From an uncultured Pseudomonadales bacterium (GTDB taxonomy: Bacteria > Patescibacteriota > Microgenomatia > UBA1400 > PJMF01), in NCBI GenBank assembly GCA_964583795.1, contig CAZOWX010000002.1, forward strand, positions 14,966-78,965: a stretch of DNA of 64,000 nucleotides, given 5' to 3'. The notes beneath the pieces were generated by a model. It was not told where the DNA came from. It saw only the letters and a program-made list of their open reading frames with translations, and did no database searches. Shown piece by piece: positions 9,953 through 19,102 of the stretch (position 1 is its first letter; each line of letters begins with the position of its first letter). Position numbers and translations under genes: made by a program.

Positions 9953-10330
9953 CTATTCTTCAGGGATACAAAGAGCGCCCCTACAGTTAGGTGGTGCAAC
10001 ACGAGTCGCAGGCGCATTCACAACATTAATCCCCAAAAAAGTCTGAAGTATCATGAAAATAGCCCCGACGCTTGCCAAAACAGCTAAGCCAATCATGGCG
10101 TGGGTAATTTTCTTACGAGCTGACTCCACCTTTCCAGTGTCACCTTGAGACATGATCCAATCAACTGCGCCCCATAGCATGTAAAAGAACGCCAAAATAG
10201 CAGCAAAAACCAGCAGACCTCGCATGAATCCCTCGACCGTCGGTCCAAATTGATTTAATGGCGAAATCTCTCCCACTCTACTTTCAATGTTAATCGTCGC
10301 TGGCGATTGTAAGAGCATTTGAAAAAACAT
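9953..10330 (-). CDS. VirB2/TrbC-like pilin family protein (paralog 3)
   Basis: MLWGAVDWIMSQGDTGKVESARKKITHAMIGLAVLASV; same family motif. Confidence 0.55.
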   Translation of the reverse strand: MFFQMLLQSPATINIESRVGEISPLNQFGPTVEGFMRGLLVFAAILAFFYMLWGAVDWIMSQGDTGKVESARKKITHAMIGLAVLASVGAIFMILQTFLGINVVNAPATRVAPPNCRGALCIPEE

Positions 10331-10345
10331 AAAAGACTCTCTTTG

Positions 10346-10702
10346 TTAACAGGTGATACCTGGTCCTGGGATACAAATATTGAGTAAATTCAGCCCAAAC
10401 AACGAACCAACTAGCTGAACAATTGCCACGGAAGCGGCAAGAATCGCCAATCCCACCACAGCTCCAGTCATTTTCTTGCGTGCCGAAGAAACTTTCCCCT
10501 CTTCCCCGCCGGCCATAATCCAATCAAGAGCCCCCCAAAGTAAAAACAAAAGGGCGACCAAATTTCCTACCATGATCAATGCTCGCCATAGCAAAACAAT
10601 ATAGTTTGTCAAAGCAGCTGTTCCATCTCCGGCTCTACCTCCGTACCCAGGCGTCAAAACCGGATTATGAATTTGAGTAAGTAGTGTCAATAAAGGTAAC
10701 AT
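10346..10702 (-). CDS. VirB2/TrbC-like pilin family protein (paralog 4)
   Basis: LWGALDWIMAGGEEGKVSSARKKMTGAVVGLAIL; start set at ATG 10702 (MLPLLTLL), 3 nt after the upstream gene's stop. Confidence 0.5.
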   Translation of the reverse strand: MLPLLTLLTQIHNPVLTPGYGGRAGDGTAALTNYIVLLWRALIMVGNLVALLFLLWGALDWIMAGGEEGKVSSARKKMTGAVVGLAILAASVAIVQLVGSLFGLNLLNICIPGPGITC

Positions 10703-10704
10703 CG

Positions 10705-11130
10705 TTACTCCACAATAACAGGGGCCCCACCCACACCAGGACATCCTGACACAGGGTTTAATATACTTAACATATTGCCAGGATTAAGAATATCCAAACC
10801 GACAACTGTTCCCACGACAGCAATTACGCCATAGGCCACAATGACAATGATTAAACCGATTGCTCCATTCGTCATTTGCTTCTTCGCGCTATCAACCTTT
10901 CCACTATCGCCACCAGCCAACGCCCACTGCAACCCACCAAACACAAAGTAAAGCAAGAACGCTAGTCCCGCAATCACTGTCAAAAATCCAATAATTAAGG
11001 AAATAATATCATTAAAGTTTGTCAATGCCTTGGTGCCACACTCACCAACAGTAGCATCGGTTTTAAAAAATCCAGAGCCGGGCACTTTAAACCCATCTCC
11101 AAACTGTGCTATTAAGTTAAGTATCATCAT
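10705..11130 (-). CDS. VirB2/TrbC-like pilin family protein (paralog 5)
   Basis: FGGLQWALAGGDSGKVDSAKKQMTNGAIGLIIVIV. Confidence 0.55.
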   Translation of the reverse strand: MMILNLIAQFGDGFKVPGSGFFKTDATVGECGTKALTNFNDIISLIIGFLTVIAGLAFLLYFVFGGLQWALAGGDSGKVDSAKKQMTNGAIGLIIVIVAYGVIAVVGTVVGLDILNPGNMLSILNPVSGCPGVGGAPVIVE

Positions 11131-11142
11131 ACGATAATAGTG

Positions 11143-11514
11143 CTATACCCCAGTGAGTTTGGGGTTGAGTATGTAAGTCGCATCACCAAAGAAAATCAAA
11201 CCAATAATCGCTGCAATCGTAAAGGCACTCACAATAATTAGCAGCCCAATCAAGCTCATGTAAATACTTTGCCAGGCGGTTTCCACAGCCTTAACATCAT
11301 TTGAGGAAGTAATGTACTTAAAGCCAGCGAGTACCAAGTTAAAAAGTGCCCAAATGCCCGCAATGACAGTAATCAGCTTAATCATATTTGAAGCAAAAAT
11401 AATGATCCCAATTTCACCCGGCGCTACTAAACCTTGATACTTTGCAACTCCCGGAGGAGGACTAATTTTCCCCCAAGGAGATGCTTGCGCTAGTAGTGTC
11501 GAAAACAAAGTCAT
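11143..11514 (-). CDS. VirB2/TrbC-like pilin family protein (paralog 6, divergent)
   Basis: Two-TM architecture with ...KYITSSNDVKAVETAWQSIYMSLIGLLIIV. Confidence 0.45.
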   Translation of the reverse strand: MTLFSTLLAQASPWGKISPPPGVAKYQGLVAPGEIGIIIFASNMIKLITVIAGIWALFNLVLAGFKYITSSNDVKAVETAWQSIYMSLIGLLIIVSAFTIAAIIGLIFFGDATYILNPKLTGV

Positions 11515-11527
11515 ACGCTGATTCGAT

Positions 11528-11860
11528 TTACCCGATAATTGTTACCCCTGTAATAAATTCCACTATCTGTATAATCCAGTATGCACTAAACATTACCAAA
11601 AAACCAATGATCGCTGAGGTGATTTTCTTTTTTCCTTCTTCCACCCCTTTTGATGAATCTGATGCAATTATACTCAATCCACCCAAAATCAACAAGAAAA
11701 GCAAAAAAATTCCTGCAAACACAAATAAGTTGGTAACCACCAAATTGACCAAGTCAGACAAGCTTTTGTATTTTTCTCCAACTGTTTTACAGTTACCGGC
11801 AGCATCACATCCCAAGACAATTGACTTTTCCAGATCAATTTGAGCGAGTAAGTGTAACAT
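11528..11860 (-). CDS. VirB2/TrbC-like pilin family protein (paralog 7)
   Basis: GGLSIIASDSSKGVEEGKKKITSAIIGFLVMF. Confidence 0.5.
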   Translation of the reverse strand: MLHLLAQIDLEKSIVLGCDAAGNCKTVGEKYKSLSDLVNLVVTNLFVFAGIFLLFLLILGGLSIIASDSSKGVEEGKKKITSAIIGFLVMFSAYWIIQIVEFITGVTIIG

Positions 11861-12054
11861 CGGTCACCTTTATAAAGCTGTTATTATTATACTACAAGCA
11901 AGGCTTCCTGTCTGGCAAGCAGTGAAGTTTTCCACTTGAGGAAAAAGCTGCTTAGCTTTTTAAGCATCAAAGTCCCATGCCGCTACTTCGAACGAATCAC
12001 TCTTGAGGAGACTTGCGCCACCCACCATTGAGTGTATATAATTCTTCCTCACCT

Positions 12055-12606
12055 ATGAAACAATCTGTTATCGACCAAGACACTGCCTTGATTTCTGATC
12101 TAAAGTCGGGCATACCAGAAGCAGTCGAGGTGTGGTACCGCAAGTACCTCAGAACCGTTCAAGCTTTTATCAATACTAAAGTCGACAATAAAAAAGATGT
12201 CGAAGAAATTACTCGTGAAACTTTTTTAAACTGTCTTCGGGATTTGCCACTTTTTCTGGGAAAATCATCACTCAAAACCTGGATGTTTCGTATCGCCTCA
12301 CATGAAGTTGCTGACTATTATCGGCGTCGTTATGCAAAAAAATTTATTCATGCAATCCCTTTGTCCACATATCTTTTTCATGAAGAACCAAAGCGCATGC
12401 ACGAGACTTCCTCTTACGTAGTCGAGGTTCTCAAGCGCATGCGCAATGAGTACAAGCAATTAATTATTCTGAAATATGTTGATAACTTGTCTGTCAAAGA
12501 AATCGCTCTAAAAGTGAATAGATCAATTAAATCGGTCGAGTCAGATCTGTTTCGCGCTAGAAAGGAGTTTCGAGTACTATATCAAACTGTTAGCGCAAAC
12601 AGGTAA
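12055..12606 (+). CDS. ECF-type sigma-70 family RNA polymerase sigma factor
   Basis: Region 2-like EITRETFLNCLRDLPLF...WMFRIASHEVADYYRRR and region 4-like LSVKEIALKVNRSIKSVESDLFRARKEF; divergent from the pilin array; track start 12013, ATG MKQSV at 12055 preferred. Confidence 0.7.
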   Translation: MKQSVIDQDTALISDLKSGIPEAVEVWYRKYLRTVQAFINTKVDNKKDVEEITRETFLNCLRDLPLFLGKSSLKTWMFRIASHEVADYYRRRYAKKFIHAIPLSTYLFHEEPKRMHETSSYVVEVLKRMRNEYKQLIILKYVDNLSVKEIALKVNRSIKSVESDLFRARKEFRVLYQTVSANR

Positions 12607-12683
12607 AATAGCTACAAGTTGCAAGCTTCAAGATACAAGGCACTTGCCCCATCGGCAATAAGAAGCATAAAAAGAGGTTGTGA

Positions 12684-12989
12684 GTGCTGAAAAAAACTCT
12701 CAAACAAAAAAGCAAAATTATTGCACATATTTTGCAAAAGCTTCACTCGGCCACCAACACAACTATGAAAACAACGCATGAGCCATTTTTAAACGAGCTT
12801 CAACAAACAGCTCGCCGACAATCACGATTACAAAACAACTCCGTTTTTCCAAAGTTTATGAATCCAGTCAATGCCTTTATTGGGGAAAAACCCTGGCAAA
12901 CACTCGTATTGTCATCGTTTATTTTTTCATGGATTGTGTTTCTTTTTTGGTTTGAATTTTTTTATAATTTCGTGCACAATATAGTGTAG
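12684..12989 (+). CDS. Small single-TM protein, possible anti-sigma factor
   Basis: Immediately downstream of the ECF sigma gene; C-terminal TM helix SSFIFSWIVFLFWF; assignment positional only. Confidence 0.25.
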   Translation: MLKKTLKQKSKIIAHILQKLHSATNTTMKTTHEPFLNELQQTARRQSRLQNNSVFPKFMNPVNAFIGEKPWQTLVLSSFIFSWIVFLFWFEFFYNFVHNIV

Positions 12990-13059
12990 TTATTCACCCC
13001 ACTGCTAGAAAAAAAGAGCTCAGAACTGCCCCGAGTCATGAGGAACGGGGAGTGTTAGT

Positions 13060-13371
13060 ATGGATAAAAGAACATTACTTACTTCAACTTTTTACAGCAT
13101 CTTGCAAGCTTCGAGTGGTTTAATTCTCCATCCGTATCAGACCATGCAACATTTGGTTGAAGACAGGATTTTTCTATGGCTGACGTTTTTACCGATCTAT
13201 CTGGGGATATTGTTTTATAGCACTTGGTGGTTTTCATTACAGTTTTTATTCCGCTACTTACCGTATCTGGGAGCTTGGGCTTTCTCGCTGATTTGGGGAA
13301 GTAGCTTTTTACTTTTCTGGCAAATTTTGCTGCTCTATTTATTTTTGCGGTTTTTCATGACGCTGCGATAA
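13060..13371 (+). CDS. Small integral membrane protein (hypothetical)
   Basis: 103 aa, three hydrophobic segments. Confidence 0.3.
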   Translation: MDKRTLLTSTFYSILQASSGLILHPYQTMQHLVEDRIFLWLTFLPIYLGILFYSTWWFSLQFLFRYLPYLGAWAFSLIWGSSFLLFWQILLLYLFLRFFMTLR

Positions 13372-13612
13372 AGAGTTTTCCTTGTTTCAATAATTTTGCG
13401 TGCTCGTGCAACAAGAAGGGCTCGTCATCCTTGACTTGCTAACTAGACTATTTAAGCGAGCAAGTCAGATCGTGAAATTCTGGTCCCGCACTGCGGGACC
13501 AAAATTTCACGATCTGACTGAACTGATTTTGAAAGTGTATCAGTTCAGTCAAGGATGACGACTTTTTATTTTTTTTCTTTCAATACACATTGAACCACTT
13601 CACGATCCACAA

Positions 13613-13660
13613 TCACCCCACTATTAACTGTTTCACTGTCCACTATTCACTAGCACTGCC
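13613..13660 (+). promoter_or_regulatory. Conserved upstream motif CCACTATTAACTGTTTCACTGTCCACTATTCACTA (copy 1); followed by TATAAT 8 nt before the ATG of 13679
   Basis: Near-identical copies in gene orientation upstream of 14793 (+), 26208 (-), dnaA 56664 (-) and at 26395-26440; contains a CACTATT direct repeat. Confidence 0.5.
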
Positions 13661-13678
13661 CTCCGCTATAATCACTCC

Positions 13679-14545
13679 ATGAATCTTCCCATCATCCTCG
13701 CTTTAGTCACCTTTATTGGCTGGGGGACAGGTGATTTATTCACGGTGGTTGCGACTCGCAAAATTGGGGCACTACTGACCACTTTTTGGGTGTTTGCCTT
13801 TAGTTTTTTTCTCTCGTTGCTCGTTTTTCCTCTGGTGCCACATTCATTTGGAAGTATCACGCTGCCACTTCTAATGTTTAATATTTTTTTGGGGATCTTG
13901 CTTGTTTCCGGCAATGTACTGATTAGCGAAGCGTTCAGAATCTCGAGTGCTCCACTAGTTGGAATTATTATTCAAGCCTTTCCAGCAGTTGTGTTGGTGC
14001 TCTCTGCGCTCATTTTTCACGATGTCATCACTCCAATTCAGATGGTGTTTACTGCAGTTATTTTCTGTGGTGTTTTTCTATGTAGCGTTGATCTGGGCAA
14101 GTTAAAACGAGCCGAAAAAATTCTTGACCGAGGAACGACGTTGGCGCTGATTGCGATGGTATTTCTCTCAACTTTTTTCACTTTTTCTCGCATCCTAATT
14201 AACGCGTATGACTGGTTTCTTCCCAGTTTCATTGCTACAGCATGTTTCCCTATTATTTTGCTCTTTATTCATGTCAAAAAAGAGCAATTTACTTTTCCCA
14301 AAGAACTCCCTATTCTCGGGGCTACATTTATGATTGCATTACTGATTCGTTCCGGTGATTTTGCGCTTAACTGGGGCCTCTCGATACCTAGGGCCAGTAG
14401 CATTGTCGCGCCGATTGCTGGAGCAGCTCCAATCTTGTTTGTAATTACCTCATCAGTCATTTTTAAGGACAAACTCACTAAACAGCAAGTTGCCGGTATT
14501 GTCACCACCTTGATTGGGATTGTGTTGCTGACCATGCAGCAGTGA
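13679..14545 (+). CDS. EamA/DMT-family transporter
   Basis: 288 aa, 10 TM helices, N-terminus MNLPIILALVTFIGWGTGDLF typical of EamA permeases. Confidence 0.55.
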   Translation: MNLPIILALVTFIGWGTGDLFTVVATRKIGALLTTFWVFAFSFFLSLLVFPLVPHSFGSITLPLLMFNIFLGILLVSGNVLISEAFRISSAPLVGIIIQAFPAVVLVLSALIFHDVITPIQMVFTAVIFCGVFLCSVDLGKLKRAEKILDRGTTLALIAMVFLSTFFTFSRILINAYDWFLPSFIATACFPIILLFIHVKKEQFTFPKELPILGATFMIALLIRSGDFALNWGLSIPRASSIVAPIAGAAPILFVITSSVIFKDKLTKQQVAGIVTTLIGIVLLTMQQ

Positions 14546-14749
14546 GTCCTGCTACGATTAGCTCCAAGAAATAACAGCTCCTGAACGGTCTGACTCTCAA
14601 CAGTCGCCAAACACTTCAGCTTAGCTGTCCGGTAGGCAGGGATGACGACTTTTTAGTTTTGTTGCTTTTGAAAAATTTTAAGACCAATTTAACACTTGCT
14701 CGCGGTTTATAGTTCTTGAATTTTTGAGCTGGAACATGAAGCTTGTAAC

Positions 14750-14790
14750 CCACTATTAACTGTTTCACTGTCCACTATTCACTACTTTTC
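14750..14790 (+). promoter_or_regulatory. Conserved upstream motif (copy 2) immediately 5' of the mevalonate operon
   Basis: cccactattaactgtttcactgtccactattcactac. Confidence 0.5.
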
Positions 14791-14831
14791 CTTTGCATGA
14801 TTTTGATCCATTTTTGCGACTATGTGAGTGT

Positions 14832-16019
14832 ATGGTTGACTCTACGATTCAACTCCACAATGCTCCTGGTGACACAGCAGAGCAACAATTTCACCACCGC
14901 CAAAATCTAGTCAGACAAGGGTGGGATGATGTTGCGCTGGATTCACTGCTGCAAACTCGACTCGATATCGATCAAGTTAGCACAAAAAATTGTGAGAATA
15001 TGATCGGCAGTGTTGAAGTCCCGGTAGGACTTGCTGGGCCAAGTACAGTTCAACTCGACAATCAAACAATGGAACTATGGATCCCCCTTGCCACCACAGA
15101 AGGCGCACTCGTGGCGAGTGTCAGTCGTGGAATGAAGTTACTCAGCCAAGCAGGAACAACAACAGTCATCACGCAAAAAAAAGGCATGTCACGTGCTCCA
15201 GTTTTTGAGTGCACCAATGGCAAAATAGCCCAAGAGTTTGCTGCGTGGTTGGACACTCAAACCCAGTTTTTTGCGCAGCAAGCAAGAGAGTCATCTTCAC
15301 ATCTCACTTATCTGAATCACACCGCGTTTATTCAAGGTCGAAGCGTCTTTGTCCGGTTTCACTTTGACACGAGTGAGGCCATGGGAATGAACATGATTAC
15401 GATTGCTCTGGAAAAAATCATCGGAAAGTTATTCAGCACTTTTTCTGGAGTAAAACTACTGAGCATCTCTGGCAACGTCTGTACTGACAAAAAGCCTGCA
15501 CATATTAACACGATCTTCGGACGCGGGTGGTGGGTGCAAGCGGAAAGTTTTATTCCCAAAGAGTTGATTGAACGATCACTGCACTCTGACGTGGAAACAA
15601 TTTTAAAAGTTCACACGCAAAAAAACCTCGTTGGCGGTCATATTGCTGGATCTTTGGGTCAAAACGCACATATCGCCAACGTTGCCGCAGCGTTTTATCT
15701 GGCAACGGGCCAAGATCTCGCACACACCGTCAACGCAAGTTTGGGATCAACCACAATTGAATCGACCGCTGACGGGATCTACTGTGCGGTGACTTTACCG
15801 GAAGTTGATGTGGGAAGTGTTGGTGGTGGAACAGTGCTTCAGCCGCAATCACAAGCACGACAACTGATTTGCCAAGATAAAAATGTTGCGGTAAACTCGC
15901 AACTCTTAGCCGTCACGCTCAGCGTCGGTTGCTTAGCCGCAGAATTGTCACTACTTGGAGCGCTAGCAGCAAAACATTTGGGGCGCGCTCACAATCAACT
16001 GGGCAGGGGAATCAAATGA
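14832..16019 (+). CDS. mvaA: Hydroxymethylglutaryl-CoA reductase
   Basis: ENMIGSVEVPVGLAGP, EAMGMNM and GGT motifs; track ORF starts at TTG 14793, first ATG at 14832. Confidence 0.8.
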   Translation: MVDSTIQLHNAPGDTAEQQFHHRQNLVRQGWDDVALDSLLQTRLDIDQVSTKNCENMIGSVEVPVGLAGPSTVQLDNQTMELWIPLATTEGALVASVSRGMKLLSQAGTTTVITQKKGMSRAPVFECTNGKIAQEFAAWLDTQTQFFAQQARESSSHLTYLNHTAFIQGRSVFVRFHFDTSEAMGMNMITIALEKIIGKLFSTFSGVKLLSISGNVCTDKKPAHINTIFGRGWWVQAESFIPKELIERSLHSDVETILKVHTQKNLVGGHIAGSLGQNAHIANVAAAFYLATGQDLAHTVNASLGSTTIESTADGIYCAVTLPEVDVGSVGGGTVLQPQSQARQLICQDKNVAVNSQLLAVTLSVGCLAAELSLLGALAAKHLGRAHNQLGRGIK

Positions 16020-17059
16020 AATTTAGCAAACCAATTGGCATTGTTTCGTATGGAGTCGCACTTCCGACTCTCTGCATTCAGACACATGAAATTGAAAAAG
16101 CCAACAATGCTCACGGAGTTGCGGCATCGCTTGGAATTAAGTCAAAAACCGTTCCCGATAAAGATGAAGATACTGTGACGTTAAGCACTCGGGCCCTTTT
16201 TCAAGCGCTTGAGCGCACTTCTCCAGAAATCAAAGACGAAATTGGAGCACTCTTTATCGGCAGTGAAAGTCACCCGTATGCCGTAAAACCCAGTGGTAGT
16301 ATTGTGGCAAATGCATTGGGTTTGAATCCAAAGTTGTCACTGGCTGATCTACAATTCGCGTGTAAAGCCGGCACCCAATCACTACAAATCACCTTTAGTT
16401 ATCTTGAGGCTGGATTAACCCAATCTGCTGTGGCCATTGGCGCGGATACCGCCCAAGGAGCACCGGGAGATGCATTAGAGTACAGTGCAGCCGCTGGAGC
16501 AGCTGCTTTTATTTTGGGAACTGAGAATGTACTGGCAAAAGTGATCGCCTCGACCTCTATTGCAACAGACACTCCAGATTTTTGGCGTCGTCCCAAACAA
16601 AGTTATCCAAAACATGCCGGTCGATTTTCCGGTGAACCGGCGTACATGACTCATATTATTGATAACACTCATCAGATTCTTGATGAAGTGAATATGGATA
16701 TTAAAGACTTTGACTTGATTGTATTTCACACTCCCAATAAAAAATTCCCTCAAGCTGTAGCCAAAACACTCAATTGCACCAAAGAGCAACTGCAACATAG
16801 TTTAATTGTAGAAACGGTTGGCAATACCTATGCTGCGGCCAGTTTGATTGCTTTCGCAAACGTACTTGATCACGCGGGTGCAAATCAAAAGATTTTGGTC
16901 GTCTCATACGGATCGGGTTCTGGATCAGACGCATTTGTATTTGAAACCACAAATCATTTACCAAAGTCGCGAAAAAATTGGACGTCGCTCGTTTCAGATC
17001 AAATTGCAGCGCTTAAACCAATAGAATATCACCAGTACTTACAGCATTTGCATCATTAG
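16016..17059 (+). CDS. mvaS: Hydroxymethylglutaryl-CoA synthase
   Basis: ATGA overlap with mvaA stop; MKFSKPIGIVSYGVALP...; HMGCS/KAS III-like thiolase fold with active-site Cys region. Confidence 0.75.
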   Translation: MKFSKPIGIVSYGVALPTLCIQTHEIEKANNAHGVAASLGIKSKTVPDKDEDTVTLSTRALFQALERTSPEIKDEIGALFIGSESHPYAVKPSGSIVANALGLNPKLSLADLQFACKAGTQSLQITFSYLEAGLTQSAVAIGADTAQGAPGDALEYSAAAGAAAFILGTENVLAKVIASTSIATDTPDFWRRPKQSYPKHAGRFSGEPAYMTHIIDNTHQILDEVNMDIKDFDLIVFHTPNKKFPQAVAKTLNCTKEQLQHSLIVETVGNTYAAASLIAFANVLDHAGANQKILVVSYGSGSGSDAFVFETTNHLPKSRKNWTSLVSDQIAALKPIEYHQYLQHLHH

Positions 17060-17061
17060 CT

Positions 17062-18174
17062 ATGACAATCTCTATCATCGGCTCTAGCATTACTCAATTT
17101 GGCGAACTGTGGGATAAATCCCTAATTGATTTAGCCAAACAAGCAGTTGATGAATCACTCACTGATGCGAAGTTAGAACACGCTGACATTGAAGCAGTAT
17201 TTGTGGCCAACATGAGCAGCCACGTCTTCGATGGCCAGGCACAACTCGGGGCTTTGGTTTCACAATTCTTTCCCCACTACCCAAGTGCTTTTCACTCTGA
17301 AGCATCGTGTGCTTCTGGAAGTATGGCTCTCTTGAGTGCTCAGTATGCACTGCTTTCTGGTCGCTATACAACGGTGATGGTTGTCGGAGTAGAAAAAATG
17401 ACCGATGCTCCAAGCAGTGATGTCACTCAGATGCTGTCCGGTGCGGCAAAAAAATCAGAAGAAGAGGGGAGTACTTTTCCTGCCCTGTATGCTCTACTCG
17501 CGCAAATTCATATGAGCGAGTTTGGTACTTCACGCGAGATGTTAAGTGCTGTCGCTGTGCAAAATCATGAGCATGCATTTCAGAATCCTCATGCTCAATA
17601 CCATAAACACTTAACACAAGAGATTGTTTCCAATAGCACACTCGTTGCACCACCACTACGGTTGCTTGACTGCTCGCCTATTACTGATGGTGCTTCAGCA
17701 CTCATTCTTACCACCAAACCGGTAAAAAATGCAGTTCAAATCTTGGGCCGAGGTCATGGTCAGGACTCTCTTGATTTGGCATCTCGGGAAAAACTAACTA
17801 CATTGCAAGCCACAGTTCGAGCCAGTCGCGAAGCATTTTCTGAAGCGAAGCTCGATCATAAAAAAATTCAAGTCATTGAAGTGCACGATTGTTTTACCAT
17901 TGCCCAACTGTTGGCACTCGAAGATTTGGGATTTTATGAAAAAGGCAAAGCCGGAATCGCTACACTCAGTGGAAAAACCACTTTTGGTGGAGAGATCGTC
18001 GTTAATCCTTCCGGAGGATTAAAGGCCAGTGGTCATCCGGTTGGCGCCACTGGTGTGAAACAAGTTGCCTATTTAACAAAATTAATACAGCAAGATCAGT
18101 TTCCGCTCGCTCTCGCCCATAATGTGGGTGGTAGCGGAGCAACCGCAATTGTGCACATCATTGGAAAGGTGTAA
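17062..18174 (+). CDS. Thiolase (archaeal-type acetyl-CoA acetyltransferase)
   Basis: EASCASGSMALLSAQYALLSG...VVGVEKMTDAP; C-terminal GHPVGATG; in archaea forms a complex with HMGCS and DUF35. Confidence 0.75.
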   Translation: MTISIIGSSITQFGELWDKSLIDLAKQAVDESLTDAKLEHADIEAVFVANMSSHVFDGQAQLGALVSQFFPHYPSAFHSEASCASGSMALLSAQYALLSGRYTTVMVVGVEKMTDAPSSDVTQMLSGAAKKSEEEGSTFPALYALLAQIHMSEFGTSREMLSAVAVQNHEHAFQNPHAQYHKHLTQEIVSNSTLVAPPLRLLDCSPITDGASALILTTKPVKNAVQILGRGHGQDSLDLASREKLTTLQATVRASREAFSEAKLDHKKIQVIEVHDCFTIAQLLALEDLGFYEKGKAGIATLSGKTTFGGEIVVNPSGGLKASGHPVGATGVKQVAYLTKLIQQDQFPLALAHNVGGSGATAIVHIIGKV

Positions 18175-18176
18175 CT

Positions 18177-18464
18177 ATGTATCCCTCACAGTACTGGCGC
18201 GAAAGCAAAAAATGGGCGTCTCTGATTGGTCAAAAAGGCAAAGTGTTGGCTGTCACTACGGTTCACACACCTCCTCCTGAATACGAGCAATACTCTCCGT
18301 ATAACCTAGCTTTAGTTGAATTTAGCAATTTTCGCAAGCTGCTTCCCGTTCCTCCAGCGTACGAACTCTCAATGGGGCAAACAGTTGAAGTGGTGCTACG
18401 AAAAGGCGGCACAACCTCGGATGATGAAATCATTGCGTATCAATTAAAAGTTATTCCTGCCTAA
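18177..18464 (+). CDS. DUF35-like OB-fold protein (thiolase/HMGCS scaffold)
   Basis: 95 aa directly after the thiolase; OB-fold-like sequence with no Zn-ribbon cysteines; assignment by synteny and size. Confidence 0.45.
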   Translation: MYPSQYWRESKKWASLIGQKGKVLAVTTVHTPPPEYEQYSPYNLALVEFSNFRKLLPVPPAYELSMGQTVEVVLRKGGTTSDDEIIAYQLKVIPA

Positions 18465-18469
18465 ACTTC

Positions 18470-19102
18470 ATGAACACCGCAGACCTCGTCACTTTAGTGG
18501 ATGAAAGCGATCAAGTCATTGGATCGATGGATAAAGTTGAGGCCCACAAAGGGACAGCAATCCGACATCGAGCAATTAGCGTGTATTTATTTCAACAAAG
18601 AGATGACGGCGAATACCTGCTCATTCAGCAACGCAGTACCAAAAAAATTCTCGGTAGCCTGCAGTGGGCGAACACCGTTTGCGGAAATGTTTGGCCAAAT
18701 GAAAGTTATCATCAATGTGCAATGCGACGATTGTCGGTAGAGCTGGGAATTACTTCAGTAAACATTACGCCTATTCATAAGTTTGAGTATCACCTACAGT
18801 GTAGTGAACAATTCAGCGAATGGGAAATCGATCAAGTATTTGCAGGATGGTACGATGATGCAGTGACCGCAAATCCAGATGAAGTAAGAGACTTTGTTTG
18901 GGTGAAGTGGGAGGATTTAATAAACAAAAACAAGAATACACCATTTGATCATTCCCCCTTTAGAAGTAAAACAATTGAGATAACAAACCCAACAACACAA
19001 CAACTCAACAACACAACAACGCTTCAGCTGAGTCCTTGGTTCGTCCACATGCTTGATGATACCCAATTAGTTAACAAGCTAAATTCATTTGTAAACCAAT
19101 GA
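18470..19102 (+). CDS. idi: Isopentenyl-diphosphate delta-isomerase, type 1 (Nudix fold)
   Basis: HRAISVYLFQ...LLIQQRSTKKILGSLQWANTVCGNVWPNE...AMRRLSVELGI matches IDI-1 conserved blocks; carries an in-frame QQLNNTTT repeat insertion near the C-terminus. Confidence 0.7.
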   Translation: MNTADLVTLVDESDQVIGSMDKVEAHKGTAIRHRAISVYLFQQRDDGEYLLIQQRSTKKILGSLQWANTVCGNVWPNESYHQCAMRRLSVELGITSVNITPIHKFEYHLQCSEQFSEWEIDQVFAGWYDDAVTANPDEVRDFVWVKWEDLINKNKNTPFDHSPFRSKTIEITNPTTQQLNNTTTLQLSPWFVHMLDDTQLVNKLNSFVNQ

